Part shown: piece by piece, positions 11,930 through 25,900 of the stretch
Layout of the letters: each line of letters opens with the position of its first letter
How positions within the stretch are numbered: the stretch's first letter is position 1
From: Pavona decussata
Lineage: Eukaryota
NCBI GenBank assembly: GCA_977016875.1
Contig: CDRNST010000118.1
Span: forward strand, 1,674,001-1,738,000
DNA: 64,000 nucleotides
Reading direction: 5' to 3'
The notes under the pieces: generated by a model
The model's database searches: none
Told to the model about the DNA's origin: nothing
The model's input: only the letters and a program-made list of their open reading frames with translations
Made by a program: the position numbers and the translations under genes

Positions 11930-14900
11930 TTACAACAGCAAAACATTTAGCAATGTTATGGTTAGAGTAACAATCCCATAGATGCCTGAACACAGAATGG
12001 ACGCCGCTGAAGGACCTGTTGGAATAGGCTGCTCTGTTACCATGACAACTTTCTCGCTACTCCATCCCTGTTTAGAATGTACACGAAAGTTTCCTGGGTC
12101 ATTGGCGTCCGAAGCGCTATAGGCCCAAATTATATTCACTTCTCCGCCGGGCTGCAACAAAACCAGAAAAAAATAAAATCAGCCACATAAAAAAAGTATA
12201 GTTGTGCTTGTGGTGAGGGAAACCGAACATGCTTTTGGTATCGCTTTCTGTTTATCGAGAATCCTGGCTGAAAATCTGAATTGAATATCCAATTGACCGG
12301 ATGGGAAAAACTTCAGAACGATTGGCCCACCTTAAAATACGCTATTCCAAAATTTACCATTTTATTTGACTAAACCGATAAGCCGATTGTTTTTTTATAT
12401 TAAGTAGGGTAACTTTTGTCCAGTAGAGTTTCAAAACGCGCTAGGAATGTTATGCATTATTGGGGGAAATGGAAACTAGCTGTATTTATGTCAAATATCA
12501 ATTAAAAACGTGGAAGAGTGTCTCCTCCGATTTCCAAACACCGATAAGTGGGTTGAGAAAACGAGGCGTAGCCGAGTTTTTTTTTTAACCAACTCCAGTA
12601 GAAAATCCGTATCAGTGCAAAAAGATTTAAAAAAAGCTGGGGCAAAAAAGACAAAAAAAAAAAAAGAATCTGAACAGTCAAATAAATTGATAACGCATAT
12701 GAAAGCATATAGCGATGGAGCCCAAGAAATCCGAATCTGGAGTCTCAGTGAGGGAGTAACATTACGCCTCTGTGGATTACATAAATAAGACATATGCTTA
12801 CCGTAAAAGCTAGATCATCGTTGGTATCTTTAGTGTCAGTTCGTCTTTCAAACATCAGCTCTGTGTAGCCATCGACTTCAGATGCATTGAGAAGTTTGTA
12901 ATCCTGGCTTTCGTCAAGGGCAGGCCGCATGCGCCCTATAGTTTTGAAGTCCTGGGGAACAGACAGTTAATGGGGTTAATAAAGATAACATCAAAAAAAC
13001 AACCCTGGATAATCGTTTCCCGCAAGAATATCCTGGTCAGCATTCAAACAACAATTTATGTACAATTAACGTTAGGTTTAGGCCACCTTCATTGCAACCT
13101 TTATTGCAACATACAAATGAAGCGAACACCTATTTCAGTATTATCGATTTTGATCTTTCAGATGATGCACTTTCTACAGCCACGACATCGATATCCGAAA
13201 AGATTGACTGCATATTCTAGAATTAAAATTGACTTTACTGTTCTCTACTAATCAGTTGTTCAGTCATATCTGCACAAGCAGTTGTTGACATAAAATCTAC
13301 TGACGTGTATAAATACTTAGAATTTATTAAGTAGTTTACATTAGCTTCAAGACTCCAGTGCAAGGCGAGATCTGTTTCAATCACTGTTAATTGTTGTATT
13401 CCGTGTTTCTCAGTCTAAAGCACTGACTCAATGGAACGAACCTCTGAATGTCCCTCTCCTTTTCTTCGGCGGAAATTCACTGATGAAACAGCAACTCACC
13501 CATAAATATCCTTGGCCATTGCTATATCCGGCAACAATCACGTCATAGTCCATCATGTTGTTAGGAGCTTTCTCGGCAAAACCAAATCCAACCCAACCAG
13601 TTGTCTTCACTCTCAAGTGATAAAGCATCTTATCAGCCTGGTCATCAAATTCCCATGACAAAAGGAATCGATTGTCGTCATAAGCATGAATAAACTGTGG
13701 AACTACTGCAGAAAAACACCGAAATTATTTTTATTAAACACTTGGGTCCGGTTGTTTGAAAGCCGATTAGTGCTAATCCCCAATTACAAATTTACAGAGG
13801 TTTTCATCTTGCTTATTAAAACTGTTAGCAAAAGCTTGCTTTAAGCAAGTGGTAAAGAACAGGGCTGAGTTGCTCGAAGCATGGTTAGCGCTAACCATTG
13901 GTTAAGAGGTATTTAAAAACCTATAGGTTGTCATGGTATTTAACCCGGGCTAGCGCTAACCATGCTTTGAGCAACTGGGCCCAGTACGTCAAAACTGAGG
14001 AATAAAAATACTTTTGAAGCGTCTTCATTGATTAGTTATTATAGTAACTGTAATAAATATATAATCGGGCTTTGAACAACTGGGCCCAGTTTGGCATTCA
14101 CCCTCCAAGATCTAATTGTACTAGGCAGGTCTCCATAGTAGGAGCTGTGTCTAGTTAGCTATATTATCTTGATCGAATGAAAGGTCAAGTTGAATGCATT
14201 TGCAGGAACATTAAGTTAGTTGAAATCCACTATCAAACACGTTTAATTAACAGGAGGATCCCAGGGTGAATTCAATAAATAACCTCTTACCCTTCTAGTT
14301 TACAAGCTGGGCTAAGTGGTTTGACATACACGCAGCAAAGGAAACTCAACGAGAAGTTCAAAAACCAGTTCAACAGTCATCGTCGAAGACTTCTAACAAT
14401 GTTTGTTGAACTTTTTTTCTACATGAGGGAGTGACAACAAGAGCCCATTTTGTTGCAATTGGTTAAGGTTACGAACGTAAACGCTTTATTTAATTGGCCG
14501 CGATAACAAAAGTTATAGTTCAACACCAAATTTTCTCCAAGTCTGAAAAGGCTACCAGATTTGAGATGGAGAGAGATGCGACGAGAAAAAGAAGGACGAA
14601 AACAGACAAACAAACAAAATAAAAGGAGAAAATAAACATTGTACCTGTTGCCGAAGCTGGAGATGGAGTTGATGTCAGCGACGGTGCCATTGTTGGTGTT
14701 GCTGTTTTTATTGACAAGGATATCATCTCTTCCTTTGTTGGCGTTGCTGTCACCATTGACGACGAATTCATCGTTTCCTTTCTAGGTGTTGGTGTCACTA
14801 TCGTTGTCACTCCCCCCGCCGCCGTTGATGGTGCAGATGACCTTGTCTGCGGTCTCCGTGTTTCAGCAGGTATGAGTGTTACTAGCTGGTAACCTCGATG

Positions 14901-17900
14901 CTGATTGTGGAATGCATTCAGGCTTTGTTGCGCGTCAATGGTATCTTGATAAGCCCATATTAGGAAAATTGACATCCCTGCCTAAAAAATCGGATTAAAA
15001 AAAAAAAACGGATTCATGAACTATAGGGTCTCACAGATAGAACGAAAGCCTGAATATCACAACATTGCATACTTTTGTAGGCAGGAGTTTAATAGTCATA
15101 TCCTACACGTACTGTGCGTTTATTTGAATTAAACGAAGTTTAAACCGTGGCTAAGGAAAGTCGTGGTGCACATTCTGTAAAGCATCTCTTTCCTAGTACG
15201 GTATTTGCTCGTGGTTTTGGTGACTTAAACAAAGTTTATCCGCTTAGACTACCTTTAGACAGCGTCTAGCCGGCGGCCTAGATTTTGAACTTGTTAGTCG
15301 TTTGCAACAATGGGCAACTACCAACATAAACGGGGCGGAGTCTCCCCTCAACAATATTTGTCGCATACCTCCTAGGGGTGAAAGAATAAATTAAGTTTAC
15401 AAGATTCGTTGAAGTATGCTGCTCACTAGTTCCCTTTCAAAAGTTCTCTTAAACATACGCAAACTAACCTCAAGATGTAAATTATCATTTTAGTACTAGC
15501 ACTTTCGCATGATGAGCCCATCCTGGTGAAAAAAAAACAGTCCCCATTACAATGCTGCTTTTACTTTAAAATTTGGACATGTTCTTTTGCGATTGTTTCG
15601 GAGTAGGAATACACGCAATAGACAATAGATGTGTTTTTGGGACCTTTTCTGTTTTCGGGGATAAAACGAATAGTGTTCCGTTCATTCACAGTTTACATAG
15701 AATAAAAGAATTTGGTTCTTTTGGTAGGTTTCCAGTTAAAAGGGAATATACGGAATTGCGCTACTTCTTTTAGGATCTGATTTCTCTGTATTCTATTATT
15801 CCTCAACCGAAATACCAATTGTTCGAAAAGAATGTACCCTTAATTTTATCTATTTTTTGGTGTAGTGTATAGGGTGGTTAGCGCATGCTCTAATTAAATA
15901 GACAGGAAATGGCGTTATTCTTGTCAGTTGGCTTGCGCTTCTGCGTTTCATAAATTTACCTGAATAACAACATCGTTTTGTTGGTCGTTGGTGTTACGCT
16001 TGCGATAAAACCTTAGCGTCGTGACACCGTTCTCTTCTCCGGAGTAAATCAACCTCCAGTCCTGCTGAGAATCCACTCGTGGTAAGCTGTTACCGATGGT
16101 TATGTAGTCCTGGTTGGATAAAAAGAACGTAGTTAGTAACATGAGTAAAGAATTATTAAACCTTGACATTACATGTTTGTCTGAGAATCTGCTAGTGGTA
16201 ATCTGTTTCCGATGGTAAGGTAGTCCTGGCTAGATAAAAAGAAAACGTAGTTAGTCACATGAGTAAAAAATATTACAACTTGACATTACATGTTTGTTTT
16301 CTTTTGCTCTGGAAATTGAGAACCGAATTACAGATTACAAAAGGATATGCCTGTGTTACTGACTGAGAACTGAAATACAGCTGCAGTAGAACCACCAAAC
16401 AAAATCCGTCCCTTGATTTGGCCTTTTTTTAGCCATTTGCTATCATCGCCATTCAAATCCTAGCAGTATGTAGGATGTTTATTACATAAACCTAGCATAA
16501 TGGCCCAGCTTCCTGCTTGAAGAGTCCGGCTCTTGTACAGTAGTGGTACAGTGGTAGAGCATACGAACTAGCAATCAGAAGGTTCGTTTCCTTGGTTGTT
16601 TTCGACGTGCCAATGTTTGTCAAATTATGTGGCATTCTAAATAAAAATGTTGAGATTTTTGTGTAAAATTCGCTGTTTTGCACGTGTTTTTGTGCTATTT
16701 TACTTTTCTAGTATATTTTAGCAATCCTTCATCGTTTTACTTCATTTTCGCTCTTTTTTTTCGCGATAAAAATTCCAAGATGGTTGTCCCAATATGGCGG
16801 TTACATACATTATGACGTCATGGGATGCCCTCGTCTACCCATGATTATCTTGTCTTCTTGAAGACACTATGAGTTATTTATTAATGGTTGAAAGAGACTA
16901 GAATGATGTAACAGAACGAAAACCCAACAACAATGCACAATCTAATTACATTAAACGTATCTGTCAAAAATGTACAACGAAAAACATTTACCCTCAAGTA
17001 TCCTGATCCACTTGCTACTCCACCAACGGCCACGTCGTATCCTAGCATATATGGGATGGTCGGAGCTTGAGTTGCAAAACCAAACCCAATCCACCCCGTG
17101 GCTCTCACCTCCACCATAAAGTGTAAGGTATCCGTACTGCTACTGAACATCCAAGAAGCTTTGTATTTTCCACCATCGAGAGAAACTAAGTTTGCAAAGT
17201 GGGCTGGACGAACCGGGACTGTGAAATAGCAATTTTAAAACGTTTTAAAGTTACACGTTGTTGACTTAGTTCGCTCCAACTAGCTAAAATCAACACTGTG
17301 CACAATCTTCCAACTTTCCCTTAATTATAGGCTTCATGTTTTCGAATTAAATTTTAAAATGGACTTGATCGGTAACATTAATATATAATTTAAAAATTCT
17401 AGACGGAAAGACTGATCTTAAGTATTTTACTGATCCAGATTGGCAAAAGATCTCTCAAAGTCTTGTCACTGTGGTCTGCCATATTTAGAATTTTCATAAT
17501 TTTTAACGCTGCCTTAATTTCCCGGCCCCATACCTCACTTTCTTTAACTGGCTAGAAATTTGCACTAGTTAAAGAATTTGGCGGTCGCTTTTCATATTCA
17601 AATCTGGATCTCACAAAGGCTCCAGGTTACTTGTTTCGAAGGTTTTTGTTTAACGTCGTCATTAAACCAAAATATTATTCTTGACAAGTCTCAATCCAAA
17701 ACAAATAAGAAGAAGACTACCTAAAAGCTGGTTGAAAAAGTGAGATGTGGTCCCTCAAATTATTTCGAAACCCCTTCATTCTTGCATTGAATTTACCTTT
17801 CTAACTCAACAACAAATGGGTCGCTTTCGTTAAAGTAATTTCTTTCTCTTGTGTATTTATTTGTCTTCTTATTTCAACCTTTTGGTTTAAAAGTTTGAAT

Positions 17901-20900
17901 AAAGTAAAAGAGGAAGAGAGAAGGAGAGAAAACAAACAAACAAAGAANNNNNNNNNNNNNNNNNNNNNNNNNNNNNNNNNNNNNNNNNNNNNNNNNNNNN
18001 NNNNNNNNNNNNNNNNNNNNNNNNNNNNNNNNNNNNNNNNNNNNNNNNNNNNNNNNNNNNNNNNNNNNNNNNNNNNNNNNNNGAAAGATTAAGGTGGCCG
18101 AACACAGTTTGCGCACGCTTTACAGATTCTGTTAGTGATGCTATTAAGTGCGCGCTAGGGTTGTGGTACGCAAGTATGGCAGTTGATAAAGTGATCCCTC
18201 AATTCCATATGAAATGGATAATAAAGTTAAGTTTTGATCCTAAATAACTAAGTTTCTCGTTTCTGGACGCTATTTCTTTTCTTTCCTAGCAGAAAGTCAT
18301 TCACTAAGACCTTTTGCATGCTTTTCATCTTTGCCATGAAACCCAATCAATACCATGTATGCGCATTTGACCAAAAAAATTGTGACTGGTTGTTTTCGTG
18401 GAAATGAACTGTTTTCTAAGGAACCACTCATTAGAATTTCTTGACATTTGGCATGAAAATAGTTCCCTAAAAGCGTAACTCGCCTACAAAGAGAAACCTA
18501 AATCTAAGAGAGGGTATCTTCACAAGACATTAAAATGCAAAATTAATATTTACAGGAGATCTCTCTGTTAAAATTACATGAAAGTAGTGCAACTGTGTCA
18601 GTGTTTGTGAGTTTTTCTGGATACAAAAAAAGGGAAAAAATCTAATGAGAACATTTTCTAAAAATAGAGGAAACCTAATATTTATGGACGTTTAATAGCT
18701 CGCTGCGTTGCCATGGAAACGGTACTTTGCTCAACAAGACGTACGAAAATACATTATGTTTTAGTTAGTCTTACACCATACCAATTTTGGGCGTCCAGAA
18801 GTACAAAGTTTTCAAATGACGTCTTCTAACACCTGTACACTAAAAAACTATATTCGGCCACCTTAAATAAACCCACCTTCTGTTGGAGCTGGAGTCTCTG
18901 TCACTGTCGATGTCACCGTAACTGGTGCTGATGATGCAAATGTAATTGCTGGTGTGTTTGAATCATCAGGAATGAGCGTCACTTGTTTATAACCTTTATT
19001 TTGATTGTGGAATGAATTCAGGGCAATTTGAGCATCAATTGAATCCTGATAAGCCCATATGAGGAAAATTGGCGCTCCTTTCTGGAAATAAGATTAAATG
19101 AAACTGACAAATGAGCGAAAAGAAGCATCAACTGAGTCCAATAACCATTTTTGTAAGTGACACCAAAACATTTCAAACACGTTCTCTTACGGTATGGAGC
19201 TTGGCAAATCAACATCAGTACATTAGACTGACGACATTTTATTTGGCTTCGCGTTGTCGAATCCATCTCAGTGAACAATCAACATTTGTTTAATTTGTGC
19301 TTTGGTTTAATAAAAGTTCTCTTAAACATACGCAAATTAACCTCAAGATGTAAATTAACATTTTAGTACTAGCACTTTCGCATGATGAGCCCATCCTGGT
19401 GAAAAAAACAGTCCCCATTGCAATGCTGCTTTTACTCTAAAATTTGGACATGTTCTTTTGGGATTGTTTCGGAATAGGAATACACGCAATAGAAAATAGA
19501 TGTGTTTTTGGGACCTTTTCTGTTTTCGGGGATAAAAAAAATAGTGTTCCGTTCATTCACAGTTTACATAGAATAAGAGAATTTGGTTCTTTTGCCGGGT
19601 AGGTTTTCAGTTAAAAGGGAATATACGGAATTACGCTACTTCTTTTAGGATCTGATTTCTCTGTATTCTATTATTCCTCAACCGAAATACCAATTGTTCC
19701 AAAAGAATGTACCCTTAATTTTATCTATTTTTTGGTGTAGTGTCACGCTGGGGATTTTTTTAGTCAAATTCGGCCAAGAAGTTTCTTCTCCTTAGGGTTT
19801 TATTGTACGAATCTCAATTTGGCGCGAAATTTTTTTTAGAGCTTCGACATGGTCAATCACATTTTTTTAAATAAACATACCTTAAGGATTACAAAACTGA
19901 AAAAAGATTTGAAATATCTAAACTGAATCAAAAGTTTTGGGCTTGTAAGGTTTGAATTTTCCGCCATTTTGTTACTAAAAATAGCCTTAAATTAAACGCT
20001 TAACTTCCCATAACTCTTGACTCCAATGAGGTATTCCAAATTTTTTTTCAGATTTGTTATTCTCATTTCATGTTGTTTTTTATGTTAGGAACAACTGTGT
20101 CGTAGCTCCAAAAAAAACATTTCCCGCCAAATTGATGACGTCATTTTACCGTTAGAAAAATGAAATTCAAAAATCCGAATCGGACAAGTTGTAGAGAAAA
20201 TATTGTTTTGTCTAGTTGCAAAGTTTGAGGTTGCTACCACAAAACCCTAAGGAGGAGAAACTTTTTGGCCACATTTGACTAAAAAAATACCCAGCGTAGT
20301 ATAGGGTAGTTAGCGCATGCTCTAATTAAATAGACAGGAAATGGCGTTATTCTTGTCAGTGGGCTTGCGCTTCTGCGTTTCATAAATTTACCTGAATAAC
20401 AACATCGTTTTGTTGGTCGTTGGTGCTACGCTTGCGATAAAACCTTAGCGTCGTGACACCGTTCTCTTCTCCGGAGTAAATCAACCTCCAGTCCTGCTGA
20501 GAATCCACTCGCGGTAACCTGTTGCCGATGGTTATGTAGTCCTGGTTGGATAAAAAGAACGTAGTTAGTAACATGAGTAGAGAATTATTAAACCTTGACA
20601 TTACATGTTTGTCTGAGAATCTGCTCGTGGTAATCTGTTTTCGATGGTAAGGTAGTCCTGGCTAGATAAAAAAACGTAGTTAGTCACATGAGTAAAAAAT
20701 ATTACAAGTCAGTTGACATTACATGTTTGTTTTTTTTTGCTCTGGGAATTGAGAACCGAATTACAGATTACAAAAGGATATGCCTGTGTCACTGACAGAA
20801 CTGAAATACAGCTGCAGTAAAAGCACCAAACAAAATCCGTCCCTTGATTTGGCCTTTTTTTTAGCCATTTGCTATCATCAACATTCAAATCCTAGCAGTA

Positions 20901-22903
20901 TGTAGGATGTTTATTACATAAACCTAGCATAATGGCCCAGGCTTCCTGCTTGAAGAGTCTCTTGTACAGTAGTGGTACAGTGGTAGAGCATACGAACTAG
21001 CAATCAGAAGGTTCGTCTCCTGTTAGGAGAACTCGGATTTTCTTTTTCCGAGTTTGCCCTAAAAGAATGCGTCTGTAACGAGCTGACCGCAGTAAGGCGT
21101 ACAAGTGGGAAACGATTTACTGTGCAGTGTTGAGTTCTGGTTGATCGCGGGTTGGTAATAGCCGAGGTGATAGGTGTTAGCCGAGAGGGACTAAGCTCCT
21201 TGATCGATGGCTGGTTACAAAACCTCACAATTATTGCATTTATTGCTTAATAGTAAACGCCAGGCCGTTTACCATTTATTTTTTCAGCGAAAGATCTACA
21301 AACGTGTCAGGGTAGCATGATTTAAGCTTAGGTTTCACTTGAAGGGCTAGGGGCTCAGAAGGAAAGTGGACTATCCCAAAATATATAAAAAAATTATACA
21401 TCGCCTGTACTGCTGACAAAATGAGCAAAAATGCACCATCTACCCCCCCCCCCCCCCAAAAAAAAAAGACATTTATTTTTATTACTTTAATATCCTTTTT
21501 CTTTCGTCTTTTTTCCTTGGTTGTTTTCGACGTGCAATTGTTTGTCAAATTATGTGGCATTCTAAAAATAAAAATGTTGAGATTTTTGTGTAAAACTCGC
21601 TGTTTTGCACGTGTTTTTGGGCTAGTTTTACTTTTATAGTATATTTTAGCAATCCTTTATCGTTTTACTTCATTTTCGCTCTATTTTTTTGCGATAAAAA
21701 TTCCAAGATGGTTGTCCCAATATGGCCATTACATACATTATGACGTCATGGGATGCCCTTGTCTACCCATGACTATCTTGTCTTCTTGAAGACACTATGG
21801 GCTATTTATTAATGGTTGAAAGAGACTAGAATGATGTAACAGAACGAAAACCCAACAACAATGCACAATCTAATTACATTAAACGTATCTGTCAAAAATG
21901 TACGAAGAAAAACATTTACCCTCAAGTATCCTGATCCACTTGCTACTCCACCAACGGCCACGTCGTATCCTAGCATATATGGGATGGTCGGAGCTTGAGT
22001 TGCAAAACCAAACCCAATCCACCCCGTGGCTCTCACCTCCACCATAAAGTGTAAGGTATCCGTACTGCTACTGAACATCCAAGAAGCTTTGTATTTTCCA
22101 CCATCGAGAGAAACTAAGTTTGCAAAGTGGGCTGGACGAACCGGGACTGTGAAATAGCAATTTTAAAACGTTTTTAAGTTACACGTTGCTGACTTAGTTC
22201 GCTCCAACTAGCTAAAATCAACACTGTGCACAATCTTCCAACTTTCCCTTAATTATAGGCTTCATGTTTTCGAATTAAATTTTAAAATTGACTTGATCTG
22301 TAACATTAATATATAATTTAAAAATTCTAGACGGAAAGACTGATCTTAAGTATTTTACTGATCCAGATTGGTAAAAGATCTCTCAAAGTCTTATCACTGT
22401 GGTCTGCCATATTTAGAATTTTCATAATTTTTAACGCTGCCTTAATTTCCCGGCCCCATACCTCACTTTCTTTAACTGACTAGAAATTTGCACTAGTTAA
22501 AGAATTTGGTGGTCGCCTTTCATATCCAAATCTGGATCGCACAAAGGATCCAAGTTACTTGTTTCGAAGGTTTTTGTTTAACATCGTCATGGCAATGTAG
22601 ATTTCACCAAAATATTATTCTTGACAAGTTTCAATCCAAAACAAATAAGAAGAAGACTACCTGAAAGCTGGTTGAAAAAGTGAGATGTGGTCCCTCAAAA
22701 CTATTTCGAAACCCCTTCATTCTTGCATTTAATTTACCTTTCTAACTCAACAACAAATGGGTCGCTTTCGTTAAAGTATTTTCTTTCTCTTGTGTATTTA
22801 TTCGTCTTCTTATTTCAACCTTTTGGTTTAAAAGTTTTAATAAAGTAAAAGAGGAAGAGAGAGGGAGAGAAAACAAACAAACAATGAAATGACAAAAGCA
22901 TGA

Positions 22904-22955
<52 letters not shown>

Positions 22956-25900
22956 AACATACAAACAAACATAAAAGAAAGATTAAGGTGGCCGAACACA
23001 GTTTGCGCACGCTTTACAGATTCTGTTAGTGATGCTATTAAGCGCGCGCTAGGGTTGTGCTACGCAAATATGGCAGTTGATAAAGTGATCCCTCAATTCC
23101 ATATGAAATGGATAATAAAGTTAAGTTTTGATCCTAAATAACTAAGTTTCTCGTTTCTGGACTCTTTTTCTCTTCATTCCTAGCCAAAAGTCATTCACTA
23201 AGACCTTTTGCATGCTTTTCATCTTTGCCATGAAACCCAATCAATTCCACGCATGCGCATTTGACCAAAAAATTGTGACTGGTTGTTTTCGTGGAAATGA
23301 ACTGTTTTCTAAAGAACCGCTCATTAGAATTTCTTGACATTTGGCATGAAAATAGTTCCCTAAAAGCGTAACTCGCCTACAAAGAGAAACCTAAATCTAA
23401 CAGAGGGTATCTTCACAAGACATTAAAATGCAAAATTAATATTTACAGGAGATCTCTCTGTTAAAATTACATGAAAGTAGTGCAACTGTGTCAGTGTTTT
23501 GTGAGTTTATCTGGATACAAAAAAAAGGAAAAAATCTAATGAGAACATTTTCTAAAAATAGAGGAAACCTAATATTTATGGACGTTTAATAGCTCGCTGC
23601 GTTGCCATGGAAACGGTACTTTGCTCAAGAAGACGTACGAAAATACATTCCGTTTTAGTTAGTCTTACACCATACCAATTTTGGGCGTCCAGAAGTACAT
23701 AAATTGAAATGACGTCTTCTAACACCTGTACACTAAAAAACTATATTCGGCCACCTTAAATAAACCAACCTTCTGTTGGAGCTGGAGTCTCTGTCACTGT
23801 CGATGTCACCGTAACTGGTGCTGATGATGCAAATGTAATTGCTGGTGTGTTTGAATCATCAGGAATGAGCGTCACTTGTTTATAACCTTTATTTTGATTG
23901 TGGAATGAATTCAGGGCAATTTGAGCATCAATTGAATCCTGATAAGCCCATATGAGGAAAATTGGCGCTCCTTTCTGGAAATGAGATTAAACGAAACTGA
24001 CAAATGAGCGAAAAGAAGCATCAACTGAGTCCAATAACCATTTTTGTAAGTGACACCAAAACATTTCAAACACGTTCTCTTACGGTATGGAGCTTGGCAA
24101 ATCAATATCAGTACATCATAATTAGACTGACGACATTTTATTTGGCTTCGCGTTGTCGAATCCATCTCAGTGAACAATCAACATTTGTTTAATTTGTGCT
24201 TTGGTTTAATAAATAGTCTTCTGGTTCAAGTGTGAAGACATGTACAGTGAATGTTACTGTTCTTGTTTCACGACCATGTCTTACCTGGACAACAACATCA
24301 TTTTGCTGGTCCATGGTGTTTCGCCTGCGATAAAACCTTAACGTGGTGACACCATCCTCTTCTCTTGCGCTGGTCAACTTCCAGTCCTGCTGAGAATCCA
24401 GCCGTGGACTTTTATAACCGACAGTTAGGTAGTCCTAGTGTTAAGAAGTTATTAGCAATGAATCTGAAAATCTTGATCTAAGAACCAATTTACAACTGAC
24501 AAAGAAGCTTGAAAAAGATAACTGATAGAAGAGTTTCATTTGACATGAGCACAAAGTCATCGCAAGTTCTAAACCGCTAAGAGTAGAGATCGCTTTAATT
24601 GCTTTAATTTATACCTTGCCTAAGTATTAGTCTTTCTTTTTATTTCAGCCTTTGGCATTAATAATGCAAATTTGGTAAGCCGAGAACTAAAAACGGCTCT
24701 AAAATATTATTCTTTTTGTTGTTGATAATATTGTTATATGAGGCTTCCGATGAAAGAAATTAACCGAATTTTTGCAGACAGTTTTGTTTATTAACAACTA
24801 AGGCTCTATCGGGTCTATAGTAAAAGAACAGGTGATCTCTGCATATCTAGTGAAAATAAAAGCTCGTTACTGATCAAAATATTGTGTTAACAAAGCATTG
24901 ATAACATTATTGCCTGACGAGCGTACCAATTTAAAGAGCAAAATGTAAGGATTATAATTGTTCTTTATTGTTTAATTTTTGACTCTTTTCCTACTGTACT
25001 GGCTGTGGTGGCAAACTTAAGATAAACGTTTTCTGTATTTTCTCAAACTTAACTGAACGTAGAATAATTAAGGTCCTTCAGATTGAGTGCTTCAAATATG
25101 TTACGTAAATGTATGACGTCCGAATATCATAAAGTCCATGGTCTAGTAATCCAGGTTCCGGCATTTTTTTATACCAATTGCAACCGCAGCATGACTTGGC
25201 AAACATGTTACACACTGACGCACAGCCATTGCTACGTGGATATGTAAAAGAAACAACCCTCTACAGCTTTAATTGTATGCATCAATGATAGTTGAGTTAA
25301 GCAAACTGTGGCGATATTGAATCTGTAATAACAAAATAGTGGCTGGCTATCTTGTAAATATTACGATTTTTTTTTCAAGAAAAATAATTAACGGAGAATA
25401 GTTCAAGAAATCAATTTAATGTCAACCGTTGTCGCGGGCCGACATTTCACCACTAGATACATAAACATCGTAATTTAAATGCACGTCACAAACTGTCACC
25501 TGTAAACTAATAGAGGCTTTCAAGCGTGGTTGTTGGTAATTTTTAAGGAATTTTTCCGCTTGAATTAAGGTTTTGAACACTGGATACCTGCGATTCCCAA
25601 CAGTTCACCCCTTTACTGTTCTTTTGTGATCTTTGATTAGCAAAAGATTTCCATTTTATCATATCTTTTTTTACGTGCTATCTATTCAAAGTTTTGTCTA
25701 TTTCGATCTCAAAGCGAACTCTGTTGCTTGTTGCTTGTGTGGTTGACCGGTTGGTTCGCGTAATTTTTGCCAGAATTGACTCACATTCGACACGAGACTA
25801 AGCACGACATATAACTTGGGTCCAAGCGTACTATTGACAAGTAAATAAACTCGAACAGTATTCAAAACACCATTCAGTATCCAGAGCTCGTAGTATTCAT

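Larger units (their letters stand above)
15440..24210. repeat. Internal tandem duplication of an exon C1-A2-B2 block in gene B (junction 19311-19314)
   Basis: ~15440-19314 is repeated at ~19311-24210 including introns. The junction reads ggtttaaTAAAagttctc. Confidence 0.88.
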
